Of a stretch of 64,000 bases of DNA, positions 1 to 8,245 are shown piece after piece. A program made the translations under genes and the position numbers. Under the pieces are notes generated by a model. It searched no databases, was not told the origin of the DNA, and saw only the letters and a program-made list of their open reading frames with translations. Every line of letters begins with the position of its first letter. Positions within the stretch are counted from its first letter, which is position 1. The stretch is from Acidobacteriota bacterium (GTDB lineage: Bacteria > Acidobacteriota > Terriglobia > Terriglobales > Acidobacteriaceae): the NCBI GenBank assembly GCA_003225175.1, contig QIBA01000056.1, positions 23,790 through 87,789 on the forward strand, read 5' to 3'.

Positions 1-244
1 AGGAACCGCGGCTTACGCCACCCAGCTATGTATTTTGTTTTGCGGGAGCGCCGAGGAATCGGCTAGTACGACCGAAGCGACGCCCTATAGCAACCGCGCC
101 AACGTTCTGGTAACGGTTGCCCGCTTAGCGTTTTAATTGTGAAATCCGCCAATTCGGGCGTCCTTTCGTAAGAAGATAATTCAAGATGCCATGAGTGCGA
201 GATTTTTGCAAGACCAAATTGAACGGAAGAAAGGCGAACGCGAA

Positions 245-535
245 GGTCACGAAGTCAAAAGAAAAGGTCACAAAGAAAGCTTCGTGACCTCATCTGTTTC
301 CTTCGTGACCTTCGTGTTCGCTCCTGGTTTTGAAGTACTCAATCTCCCCCATGAGACAGCGCCGCCGTCCGCTCCAGCTTTTCTCAGGAAAACGCGCGGC
401 CATCGATCGCGCGCTTGATGGTCTTGAATAGCACCGCTGAGAGCACCTGGCGGTACGTGAAGCGCTGGATCCACATATCCGCCAGGAGCCAATAATCTTC
501 GTGCTGTCGCGGATCGCGGCGTTCTAACGCAGATG
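245..535. repeat. Direct repeat copy A (~290 bp). Truncated duplicate of the last ~195 bp of the 1380..4820 gene plus ~95 bp of its downstream region
   Basis: Manual alignment of 245-535 with 1285-1575 gives ~17 mismatches over ~290 nt (~94% identity). Similarity stops abruptly at 535 and 1575. Confidence 0.8.
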
Positions 536-593
536 CCGACATTGATTTCGCCATCAACTAGTTGATAAACTGGTCTATGGAAAAGAAAGCACA

Positions 594-836
594 ATGACTA
601 CCGTAGGCGCCTTTGAGGCAAAAACAAAGCTGAATGCTCTTCTCAAGAAAGTTGCAAAAGGGGAGACGATTCAGATCACTCTCCGCGGCGTTCCGGTGGC
701 GAAGCTTGTTCCTGCCGGTTCTGAGGAGGCGCAAGATCCGCGCGACATCGTGCGTGACATCCGCGCGCTCAGAAAAGGCGTGACGCTGGGAAAAATACAG
801 ATCCGGGATTTAGTCAGGGAGGGGCGACGACATTAG
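594..836 (+). CDS. Type II antitoxin, Phd/YefM (VapB-like) family
   Basis: 80-aa protein (MTTVGAFEAKTKLNALLKKV...) typical of prevent-host-death antitoxins. Sits immediately upstream of a PIN-domain ORF. Confidence 0.75.
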   Translation: MTTVGAFEAKTKLNALLKKVAKGETIQITLRGVPVAKLVPAGSEEAQDPRDIVRDIRALRKGVTLGKIQIRDLVREGRRH

Positions 837-852
837 GCACACCAAGAGGCTG

Positions 853-1254
853 GTGCTTGACGCGTCGGTCGCCGTCGCTTGGTGTTTTGCAGACGAGGCT
901 ACCTCCTTTACCGACGGAATTCTTGACCTGCTGGCAAACGGAACGACGGTGATGGTCCCGGCGCTTTGGCCGCTTGAGGTGTCGAATGCCATATTGAGCG
1001 CCGAACGCAAGAAGCGGCTTACGGTGGCGCAGGCTACGGCATTTCTTCGTCGCGTGTCGGGACTTCCGATCTCACTCGACGCGATGCCGCTGGGGCATGC
1101 CTTCAGCGAAGTTCTCTCTGTCGCACGGCAGCACCAGCTTACGGCATACAACGCTGCATACTTGGAACTCGCACTTCGCCAAGACCTTCCCCTGGCCACT
1201 CTCGACGAGCCCCTTCGACGTTCCGCGCGGGCTGCCGGCGTGGCGCTGATGTAG
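853..1254 (+). CDS. vapC: PIN-domain ribonuclease toxin VapC
   Basis: 133-aa PIN-like ORF starting with GTG at 853, 17 bp after the antitoxin stop. Classic two-gene TA arrangement. Confidence 0.7.
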   Translation: MLDASVAVAWCFADEATSFTDGILDLLANGTTVMVPALWPLEVSNAILSAERKKRLTVAQATAFLRRVSGLPISLDAMPLGHAFSEVLSVARQHQLTAYNAAYLELALRQDLPLATLDEPLRRSARAAGVALM

Positions 1255-1284
1255 GTCAACCCCCGCTGAACGAGGCGAACACGA

Positions 1285-1575
1285 ACGTCACGAAGTCAAA
1301 AGAAAAGGCCACAAAGAAAGCTTCGTGACCTCATCTGTTTCCTTCGTGAGCTTCGTGTTCGCTCCTGGTTTTGAAGTACTCAATCGCCTCCATGAGACAG
1401 GGCCGCCGTCCGCTCCAGCTTTTCCCAGGAAAACGCGCGGCCATCGATCGCGCGCTTGATGGTCTTGAACAGCACCACTGAGAACACCTGGCGGTAGGTG
1501 AAGCGCTGGATCCAGATGTCGGCGAGGAGCCAATAATCTTCGTGCTGGCGTGGATCGCGGCGTTCCAGGGCGAAG
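1285..1575. repeat. Direct repeat copy B (intact copy, continuous with the EPS synthase gene 3' end)
   Basis: Same alignment as copy A. This copy runs uninterrupted into the 1380..4820 reading frame. Confidence 0.8.
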
Positions 1576-4500
1576 GCTAGTGATGACGCGAGGAAATCGA
1601 TGATCAGGAAGCTGACGAAATAGATCACCAGCTTCTGGAAGGTTGCGGGATTGGCGGCGTAGGGATGGAAGTGGCGATCGATCAGATACCAGACTGCGCT
1701 TACGATGAACATTACATCGATCAGCGGCGAGACCAGTGGAAGCATGATCTGGAAGATGACGATGTTGGGGAGCGCGAACCAGCCTAGCGCGCCGCGGCGG
1801 AGCAAAGCTCCACGGTTTTTCCAGACGGCCTGGAGAATGCCGAACGACCAGCGGAAGCGTTGGCGCATCAGGCCGCGGGCGCTTACCGGGGCTTCGGTGT
1901 AGGCTAGCGCGCGGTCTTCGTAGATGACGCGGTAGCCGCTGCGCAGGATATTCATTGTGAGATCGGCGTCTTCGGCTACGGTGATGGCGTGATAGCCGCC
2001 GGCTTTCTTCACGATCTCGGTGCGCCATGCGCCCAGTGCGCCGGGGACGACCGTGACGGCGCCGAGCAGGTCGAGCGCGCGGCGCTCGAAGTTCTGGCTG
2101 GTGATGTACTCGAGAGCCTGCCAGCGCGTCCAGATATTCACGCGATTTCCCACTTTGGCATTGCCGGCTACGGCGCCGATGCTGCGATCGGCAAAATGCG
2201 GAATCAGGCGGGCGATGGCTTCGCGGGCGATTACCGTATCGGCGTCGATGCCGATGTAGAAATCTTCGGTCACCTGCTCGAGGCCGTAGTTCAGGGCTTC
2301 AGCTTTGCCGGAATTGGGCTTGGTGAGAACTACTACTTTCCCGGCGCTAATTTCATTTTGGAACTTGCTGGTGGCGATCTCGAGCGTCCGATCCTTCGAG
2401 CCGTCGTCAATGACGATCACGCGCAGGTTGCGATAGCTCGACGCCAGCACCGAGCGAATCGTGCGCTCGATGACTTTTTCTTCGTTATACGCGGGGATCA
2501 ACACTGCGACCGCCGGCCTGAAGGCGGGATCGAGGTTTTGCGACGACGAGCCCCGAATGCGGTCGATGGTGGCGAGCGCGCCAATAATAAGGAGGCGTCC
2601 GGTCATGAGGATGTCGCCGAGGAAGAAGATCATCTGCACGCCGATGAGGACGATGCTGAACATCCAGAAGGCCAGGTTATCGACGCGCGCTGCCCACACT
2701 TCGCGCGGCGTGGTGAGCGGCGGCATCACCTGGGCGCGGGTCTGGTCGATGAGTTTCGAAACGGGAACGATCTCGTAGCCGCGGGCGCGGATGCCGTCGA
2801 TGATCAGCGGGAGGGCTCTCACGGTCTGCGAGCGGTCTCCGCCGCCGTCGTGAAGAAGAATGATGTTGCCCTTGTCGAGATCTTTGAAGACGTTTTCGGC
2901 GATCTCGGCTGCGCTGTAACGCGGGCTTAGCGACCAGTCGCTGGGGTCGATCTTGTCGCCCACGGTGATGTATCCCATGTCCTGGGTGAGCTCGAGCGGC
3001 TTGACTTCGTCGGCGGTGTCGGGCTCCTGGTCGATCGAGTAGGGCGGGCGGAAGAAGATCGGCTTTACGCCGAGCTTCGCAGCGAATAAGCGCTCGGTAA
3101 CGTTGATTTCCTTTTCGAAACGCCACGTGGAGATTTCGCTGATGTTGGGATGCGTGAGCGTGTGGTTGCCGATCTCGTGGCCCTCGTCGTTGATGCGCTT
3201 TACCAATCCGGGATCGTTCTCGGAGGGAATGCCGATGAGGAAGAATGTGGCGGGCGCGTGCTTGCGCCTGAGTATGTCGAGTATCTGCGGGGTGTAGGTT
3301 GCGTCGGGACCATCGTCAAAGGTGATCGCGATCTTCTTCTCTTTATAACCGTAAGCTTCGAGTTGATAGGGATTCGGCAGCCTGGTGAAGTGCTCGTCGG
3401 TGACGAGTTCCGTATCGGGATCGACCGTCACCACGCGCTTGCCCGGCGAGGGACGCTGCATGATGCGCAGGATCTCGCCCTGTCCTTCGATGGAAACATC
3501 CGGACCAGGGGGAACTTCGGCGAGTTTGGTTGCGGGATCGGAGGCGCGAGGCTTGTCCCAGATCTCCCAAAGTGAACGATCTTCGGAGCCGAGGCGCCAC
3601 AGCGCAAATGTCCGGATGCCGAGATTGCGCGCGGCGCGCATTTGATTCAACGCGGTGACAGCGTCGAGAAACCAGATCTGATGCGTGGTGCCGTCATCTT
3701 CGTCATACGCGAAGTGGGGATTCAGTGAATCGGAATCGAGATCGATAGGCGTTTCGGATTCGGCGGAACGAATCCACGCATCCTGCACGGAGAGGTTGCA
3801 GACGTTGGAGTGAGTGCCTTCAGGACACTCGACCGGCTTGTTGCCCCACTCGTATCCGTAATTTCCGATGGCAACGATGAGTTTGTCTTTGGGAATAACT
3901 TTCAGCGCCTTCTGAATGTTGCCGACAAAGAAGCTGTGACTGGCGACCGGTCCGGCTTTGCTCTCCGACTGGTGCTCGTCGTAATTCATAAGGATGAGGC
4001 CATCGGAGTTGTCGGCGAGGTACTTGTAGTTGAAGTCGTCGTCATCGGCGGGGACGTTGATGTACATCTTCAGTCCGCGGGAGTGGAGGTCGGCGGCCAT
4101 CTCGCCAATTAGCGCGTTGAAGCCGGGCTGAGCGGTGCGGGGAAAGTCCTCAAAGTCGACGGAAACGCCCTTGAACTTGGCGTCGGAAGAGAGAAAAGTG
4201 AGCAGTTGATGGCGGAAATTTGCGCGTCCATCGGCGTTATCGAAGAAGTCTCCGACGTTGTGAAGCCATTTTCCCGAAACGGGATCAAAGTTATTGACCA
4301 GCGGAAAGACCTCGACGTCCGCCTTGGTTTGGCGAATTAGCGGCATCACCTGGTCGTCAACCTGGTGAATTGAAGTGCCGCTAACGACGTCGAACATCTC
4401 GTTTGTGAGCGCGTCGGAGCCTTGCATGCGTCCGTCGGGCGTCAAAACGTGCAGCCATTCGGGGTATAAAAGGTCGATTTGACGAAGATATTCCTTCAGT

Positions 4501-4820
4501 GAAGAGTAACTACCTTTGTCCCAGGTGACGTAAAAGGCTGCGCGTAAGCCTTCATCTTCGTTTAATGGAACCTGGGAAGGCGGCTTTTTGGTCTTGCGAT
4601 GCGATCCGTGAGCGGCTCCAGCATGCTTTTTAGTGTCGCGCACAGGCTTATAAGCGCGCTTGATTTCCGGCCAAATCGTCTGCGGTAAGGCTTCAGAACG
4701 CAGCGCTGTGTACATAAAAACGGCGGCGACAAGCGTTATTACGAGCCCGGAAAGGCGCAAAAGCAGGCGCAGATTACGCCATCGCTTGAGTTGTGGGTCG
4801 TAAAAAACCGGCTTGGCCAT
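1380..4820 (-). CDS. Multidomain exopolysaccharide synthase. N-terminal TM anchor, GH18-like (beta/alpha)8 domain, CE4 NodB-type polysaccharide deacetylase, TM segments, processive family-2 glycosyltransferase (PgaC/NodC/chitin-synthase-like) with C-terminal TM channel region
   Basis: CE4 motifs TFDDGP, GNHTLTHP, FFRPPY, IILLHDGGG. GT2 motifs VIVIDDGS, GIDADT, AEDADL, QRFRWSFG (QxxRW). N-terminal domain has YVTWD...SVDFEDF resembling the GH18 DxDxE region. Hydrophobic helices at N-terminus, between CE4 and GT2, and at C-terminus. Confidence 0.85.
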   Translation of the reverse strand: MAKPVFYDPQLKRWRNLRLLLRLSGLVITLVAAVFMYTALRSEALPQTIWPEIKRAYKPVRDTKKHAGAAHGSHRKTKKPPSQVPLNEDEGLRAAFYVTWDKGSYSSLKEYLRQIDLLYPEWLHVLTPDGRMQGSDALTNEMFDVVSGTSIHQVDDQVMPLIRQTKADVEVFPLVNNFDPVSGKWLHNVGDFFDNADGRANFRHQLLTFLSSDAKFKGVSVDFEDFPRTAQPGFNALIGEMAADLHSRGLKMYINVPADDDDFNYKYLADNSDGLILMNYDEHQSESKAGPVASHSFFVGNIQKALKVIPKDKLIVAIGNYGYEWGNKPVECPEGTHSNVCNLSVQDAWIRSAESETPIDLDSDSLNPHFAYDEDDGTTHQIWFLDAVTALNQMRAARNLGIRTFALWRLGSEDRSLWEIWDKPRASDPATKLAEVPPGPDVSIEGQGEILRIMQRPSPGKRVVTVDPDTELVTDEHFTRLPNPYQLEAYGYKEKKIAITFDDGPDATYTPQILDILRRKHAPATFFLIGIPSENDPGLVKRINDEGHEIGNHTLTHPNISEISTWRFEKEINVTERLFAAKLGVKPIFFRPPYSIDQEPDTADEVKPLELTQDMGYITVGDKIDPSDWSLSPRYSAAEIAENVFKDLDKGNIILLHDGGGDRSQTVRALPLIIDGIRARGYEIVPVSKLIDQTRAQVMPPLTTPREVWAARVDNLAFWMFSIVLIGVQMIFFLGDILMTGRLLIIGALATIDRIRGSSSQNLDPAFRPAVAVLIPAYNEEKVIERTIRSVLASSYRNLRVIVIDDGSKDRTLEIATSKFQNEISAGKVVVLTKPNSGKAEALNYGLEQVTEDFYIGIDADTVIAREAIARLIPHFADRSIGAVAGNAKVGNRVNIWTRWQALEYITSQNFERRALDLLGAVTVVPGALGAWRTEIVKKAGGYHAITVAEDADLTMNILRSGYRVIYEDRALAYTEAPVSARGLMRQRFRWSFGILQAVWKNRGALLRRGALGWFALPNIVIFQIMLPLVSPLIDVMFIVSAVWYLIDRHFHPYAANPATFQKLVIYFVSFLIIDFLASSLAFALERRDPRQHEDYWLLADIWIQRFTYRQVFSVVLFKTIKRAIDGRAFSWEKLERTAALSHGGD

Positions 4821-4914
4821 GCGGAATTAGCGCCCGAGCTGCTAAGCTTTTCAGCTTCTAAGCGTTGTTTATGTCACGAAAAGTGCGCCTGGAAGATGTC
4901 AATTTCGCTGTTTA

Positions 4915-4953
4915 AAGCTTAGCAGCTTAGAGGCTTAGGAGCTTAGCAGCTTG
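4915..4953. repeat. Tandem 8-bp repeats containing GCTTAG (4.5 copies) running into the TTG start of the 4951 gene. Two inverted CTAAGC copies at 4842-4847 and 4858-4863 lie just upstream of the divergent EPS synthase start
   Basis: Read directly: aGCTTAGcaGCTTAGagGCTTAGgaGCTTAGcaGCTTg, and gCTAAGCttttcagcttCTAAGCg. Confidence 0.7.
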
Positions 4954-6330
4954 TTTTCGCGCAACAAACGGTACTTTTTAGTCCTTATTCTGCTGGGTTT
5001 AGCGCTGCGCGGATACTTCCTTCACTGGCATTTTCTCTTCCAGGGCGACTCATTAGTGTATGGCGATTTGGCCAAAAACTGGCTTCTACATGGCGTTTAT
5101 GGCGTCACGGACAGCGGGCAAGTGGTGCCGGTGGATATCCGAATGCCGGGATATCCAGCGTTTTTGGCGGCGATTTTCCGCTTATTTGGAGTTGAACACT
5201 ACGGCGCAGTAGTGCGGGTGCAGGTCGGAATCGACCTCTTTACGTGCTTTTTGATTGCGGCAGGAGCGCGCAGATTGTGGTCTGAGCGCGCGGGAAAAGT
5301 CGCTTTTGCGCTGGCGGCGCTGTGTCCATTTACCGCAAATTACGCCGCTACGCCTCTAGTAGAGACCTTAGCGATCTTTTCTGCGGCGTTTGCGCTGTTT
5401 TTTGCGCTGCGTGCAGTGCAGAAAATGCGCGCTGCGCCGTCCTGGGACGTCGCGCATTCGTTCGCGGTTGCCGACTGGATCCTTTCCGGATTGGGAATTG
5501 CAGTGAGTATTTATCTGCGTCCAGATGGCGGGCTACTGCTCCTAGCAATCGCTTTGTACCTTCTTTGGACGGCAATTTCGGCGCGGGAAATGGAATTTGT
5601 GTGGGTTGGCGTGCTGCTGGGAGTCGTTTCTTTGCTTCCATTGTTGCCTTGGACGCTGCGAAATTGGCGCACATTACAGCAAATCGAGCCATTAGCGCCC
5701 TTTTACGCGGAAATGCCGGGCGAATACGTGCCCAAAGGATTCAATCGCTGGACGAAAACCTGGATCGTCGACTTCATATCCGTCATGAATGTGTACTGGA
5801 ATGTGTCGGCGGAAGGTCCGGGAGAAGCGGTTGATATCAGCAATATCCCTGCTCGAACCTACGATAATCCAGCGCAAAAGCAGCGTACGGAGCAGCTTTT
5901 CGCTCAATACAATGAGGCTTTGACACTGAGTCCCGAAATGGATCGAGCTTTTGCCGAGCTTGCAGATACGCGTATTCGTGAGCGTCCCTTGCGATATTAC
6001 GTAGCGCTGCCGCTGGCAAGATTGGCGGATATGTGGCTGCGTCCGCGGACAGAGATGCTGAATCTGCAGCTTGATTGGTGGAACTGGGAGGATGTTCCGC
6101 AGGAATCAGCGATATCGGTGGCACTCGCGTTGCTGGACGTCTTCTACATCGTCGCCGCGTTGATGTCAGTGCGGCGCAAACTGCCGGGCTGCGGAATGTT
6201 ATGGATCTTGATCGTGTGCCGCTCAGCGCTGCTGGCGACACTTCCTAATCCTGAACCGCGGTACACGCTGGAGTGCTTTCCGGCTTTGCTGATGTTGGCG
6301 GGGGTCGGCTTGGCAAGAAAGACTGATTAA
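4951..6330 (+). CDS. Polytopic membrane glycosyltransferase, GT-C fold (ArnT/PMT, GT39/GT83-like)
   Basis: 459 aa with ~10 predicted TM helices and an N-terminal loop ...RGYFLHWHFLFQGDSLVYGDLAKNW... resembling the acidic first-loop motif of ArnT/PMT-type transferases. TTG start. Confidence 0.5.
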   Translation: MFSRNKRYFLVLILLGLALRGYFLHWHFLFQGDSLVYGDLAKNWLLHGVYGVTDSGQVVPVDIRMPGYPAFLAAIFRLFGVEHYGAVVRVQVGIDLFTCFLIAAGARRLWSERAGKVAFALAALCPFTANYAATPLVETLAIFSAAFALFFALRAVQKMRAAPSWDVAHSFAVADWILSGLGIAVSIYLRPDGGLLLLAIALYLLWTAISAREMEFVWVGVLLGVVSLLPLLPWTLRNWRTLQQIEPLAPFYAEMPGEYVPKGFNRWTKTWIVDFISVMNVYWNVSAEGPGEAVDISNIPARTYDNPAQKQRTEQLFAQYNEALTLSPEMDRAFAELADTRIRERPLRYYVALPLARLADMWLRPRTEMLNLQLDWWNWEDVPQESAISVALALLDVFYIVAALMSVRRKLPGCGMLWILIVCRSALLATLPNPEPRYTLECFPALLMLAGVGLARKTD

Positions 6331-6355
6331 CGTTGGTTAGGTCGTTCCAGCAGTC

Positions 6356-6661
6356 TTAATCCGCGACTGGCCGATCCGACATGCGGAATTGCGTTCGGAA
6401 ATGCTCGGAGAGCAGGCCGATGGCATCCCGATTGGCGTCGGCACCGGTCTGCACCAGATATTTCATGGCTTCGACGAGCAATTTCTGGCCCTGAATGTAG
6501 CGTCTATCACTGATGCGCGGAGTGCGGCGCCGCTTCGGGTCGGGGACTACGGGGAGGGTAAATAGTCTGGCCAAGCTCGATTCCTCAAATATGCGGGAGT
6601 GGATGATGAGAGTGTTAGGAGTCAAAAACTCCATCTTCCGTTGCCCAGTATAGGTGGGCAT
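6356..6661 (-). CDS. Hypothetical small protein
   Basis: 101-aa ORF in an otherwise unassigned gap. No recognizable motif. Confidence 0.3.
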   Translation of the reverse strand: MPTYTGQRKMEFLTPNTLIIHSRIFEESSLARLFTLPVVPDPKRRRTPRISDRRYIQGQKLLVEAMKYLVQTGADANRDAIGLLSEHFRTQFRMSDRPVAD

Positions 6662-6778
6662 CTACTCGGATGAAAGAGACTTTTTGTGAAGTAACTGTCA
6701 GGTAACGCTCATTAAAACAACGCGCAGTGAATACTGCAGTCCGGAGGACCAACCTCCAATTGAGATTTGTGTGACTGT

Positions 6779-7552
6779 TTACTTTCCTTTAACTGTCTTG
6801 ACGCTTCCAGAAGTATGCAACTTGAAAGCATCGTCAGGAACTTTGCCGTTCAGCTTGATATTGGTGTAGTGCGCAATGCGATAGTCGCCAGAAGGCTCCA
6901 AGAACTGCTGTTTCAATGAGATGCCGCGCGGCGCGTCAATCCAGATGACGATCTGGCTGAACATATTTTTGACGTTCGGCGCTTTCGGGGCCAGCTCCAG
7001 CTTGGCGGTTTTCACGCCATCCACATCTTCGTCACCGCCGAACTTCACGTCGAATTGCTTGAGCAGGTCGTGTCCGCCTCCTCCAAAGCCGAGTACTAGG
7101 AAGCTTTGAAACTGGTCGCGATTCTTGCCCGCGTCGTATTCGTTTATCTGCTGGATCCTTGGCTGATAGAGCCGAACCTTGCCGTCGGCGTAAAGTACAT
7201 ACTTCTGTTCCGGCGACTGAATGTTGGCCATCATTTGTGTGTCGCCTTTGCCGGTGCGCCGATAATAGACTTTCCCTTTCTGGGTATCGGTCTCGTTCAC
7301 GACTTTCTGGTATTGATCCCAAACAAAGTCCGCCTCTGCATTACGGAACTGTCCCGACGCCGTATCCATCTGCTTTAGCACAGTTTCAAGTCGAGAATTA
7401 TGGTCAGCCGCTCCGGCGCTCCTCGTTTGTGCGAAAGCAGGGAGACACGAAAGAATCGCAAGCATCAGAGTGCCCGCAAGCAGGATTTCGCGTAGGTGCG
7501 CCAGTGCTGTGCAGCAAAGATGAGTATGAACGGGATGACGCACGATGCGCAT
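6779..7552 (-). CDS. LolA-like outer-membrane lipoprotein carrier/sorting family protein (secreted)
   Basis: Signal-peptide-like MLAILSCLPAFAQ (true start probably internal, near 7465) followed by a LolA-fold-like beta-rich sequence. Confidence 0.55.
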   Translation of the reverse strand: MRIVRHPVHTHLCCTALAHLREILLAGTLMLAILSCLPAFAQTRSAGAADHNSRLETVLKQMDTASGQFRNAEADFVWDQYQKVVNETDTQKGKVYYRRTGKGDTQMMANIQSPEQKYVLYADGKVRLYQPRIQQINEYDAGKNRDQFQSFLVLGFGGGGHDLLKQFDVKFGGDEDVDGVKTAKLELAPKAPNVKNMFSQIVIWIDAPRGISLKQQFLEPSGDYRIAHYTNIKLNGKVPDDAFKLHTSGSVKTVKGK

Positions 7553-7602
7553 GACTCTCCTCTTAAAGGTCTAACCCGAAGAAGCTCTGTTCGATTCGGA
7601 GT

Positions 7603-7899
7603 TTACAGGCGGCGTGCCCAGACCCGATAACCGGTGACCTTTCCCGAATTGTCGCGCAAGGCCTCGTAGCGCGTGATCTCAATGTTTCCGGCAATCGGCG
7701 TCAGGGTTTCCTGAAGCGCCTTTTGCGCATCGGATTCGCTGGCAGCGACGCCCGACGCGTTTAACTCATAGACAAAAGCATCAGGGCCGGTGGAGCGAAC
7801 AACAATCTCGTTGGGATGCAGGCGCAGATAGTTGGGGCTGTCCTTGAAGATACTGTGCGGGGTAAGAAAGATGAAGGCGAGGATGACAGTGACCATCAC
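7603..7899 (-). CDS. Hypothetical small membrane-anchored protein
   Basis: 98 aa with one N-terminal hydrophobic helix. No motif recognized. Confidence 0.35.
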   Translation of the reverse strand: MMVTVILAFIFLTPHSIFKDSPNYLRLHPNEIVVRSTGPDAFVYELNASGVAASESDAQKALQETLTPIAGNIEITRYEALRDNSGKVTGYRVWARRL

Positions 7900-8245
7900 G
7901 TCGTAGTGAAATCCGCCGCGCGGGTGTGTCCACAGAATGTAGCTCTTGATGGTCTGACCGGGAGTCAGGAGATGTTTCCTCTATGGATTAGTGTAGAACC
8001 GGGTAGCTGAGGCTGGCAATCCGGCAGAACTCTCAGACTCTCGTGCTCGAGCTAATCGCTCAAAGCCACTCGGCCAAACCTTTAAATCCAGCAGCGCGGG
8101 CCGAGGAATGAGCAGTGCTGCAGATATCTGCTTCGCTCCTTCTACTCTGGATTTTCCATGTCATTGGCCCAGTTTCGCGTGCTAAACTGGGACCCTTAGT
8201 TCCCGGCCCAGCCTTGTCTTGGAGCCCGGTCTCTTCGTCTAGCGA

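Noticed and set aside
191-594. ORFs 191..418 (+) and 268..594 (-) upstream of the TA pair
   Set aside because: They lie in the duplicated repeat copy A. The 268..594 ORF is in the shadow frame of the duplicated gene end (same as shadow ORF 1288..2028), not the real synthase frame. Treated as repeat/pseudo-sequence rather than genes
1989-2930. 313-aa ORF (and several 60-150-aa ORFs at 1288-2028, 1705-1902, 2020-2259, 2461-2778, 2677-3126, 3150-3575, 3810-4112) overlapping the synthase gene
   Set aside because: Antisense or out-of-frame overlaps inside a gene with strong in-frame CE4/GT2 motifs. Arg/Ala/Gly-rich low-complexity translations typical of high-GC shadow ORFs
4913-4953. Possible CRISPR array (short direct repeats)
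   Set aside because: Repeat unit is only 8 bp with 2-bp spacers and there are no cas genes. Not CRISPR
5322-6241. ORFs 5322..5834, 5348..5692, 5692..5907, 5837..6241 inside the GT-C gene
   Set aside because: Overlap a convincing polytopic membrane ORF. Arg/Ala-rich shadow frames
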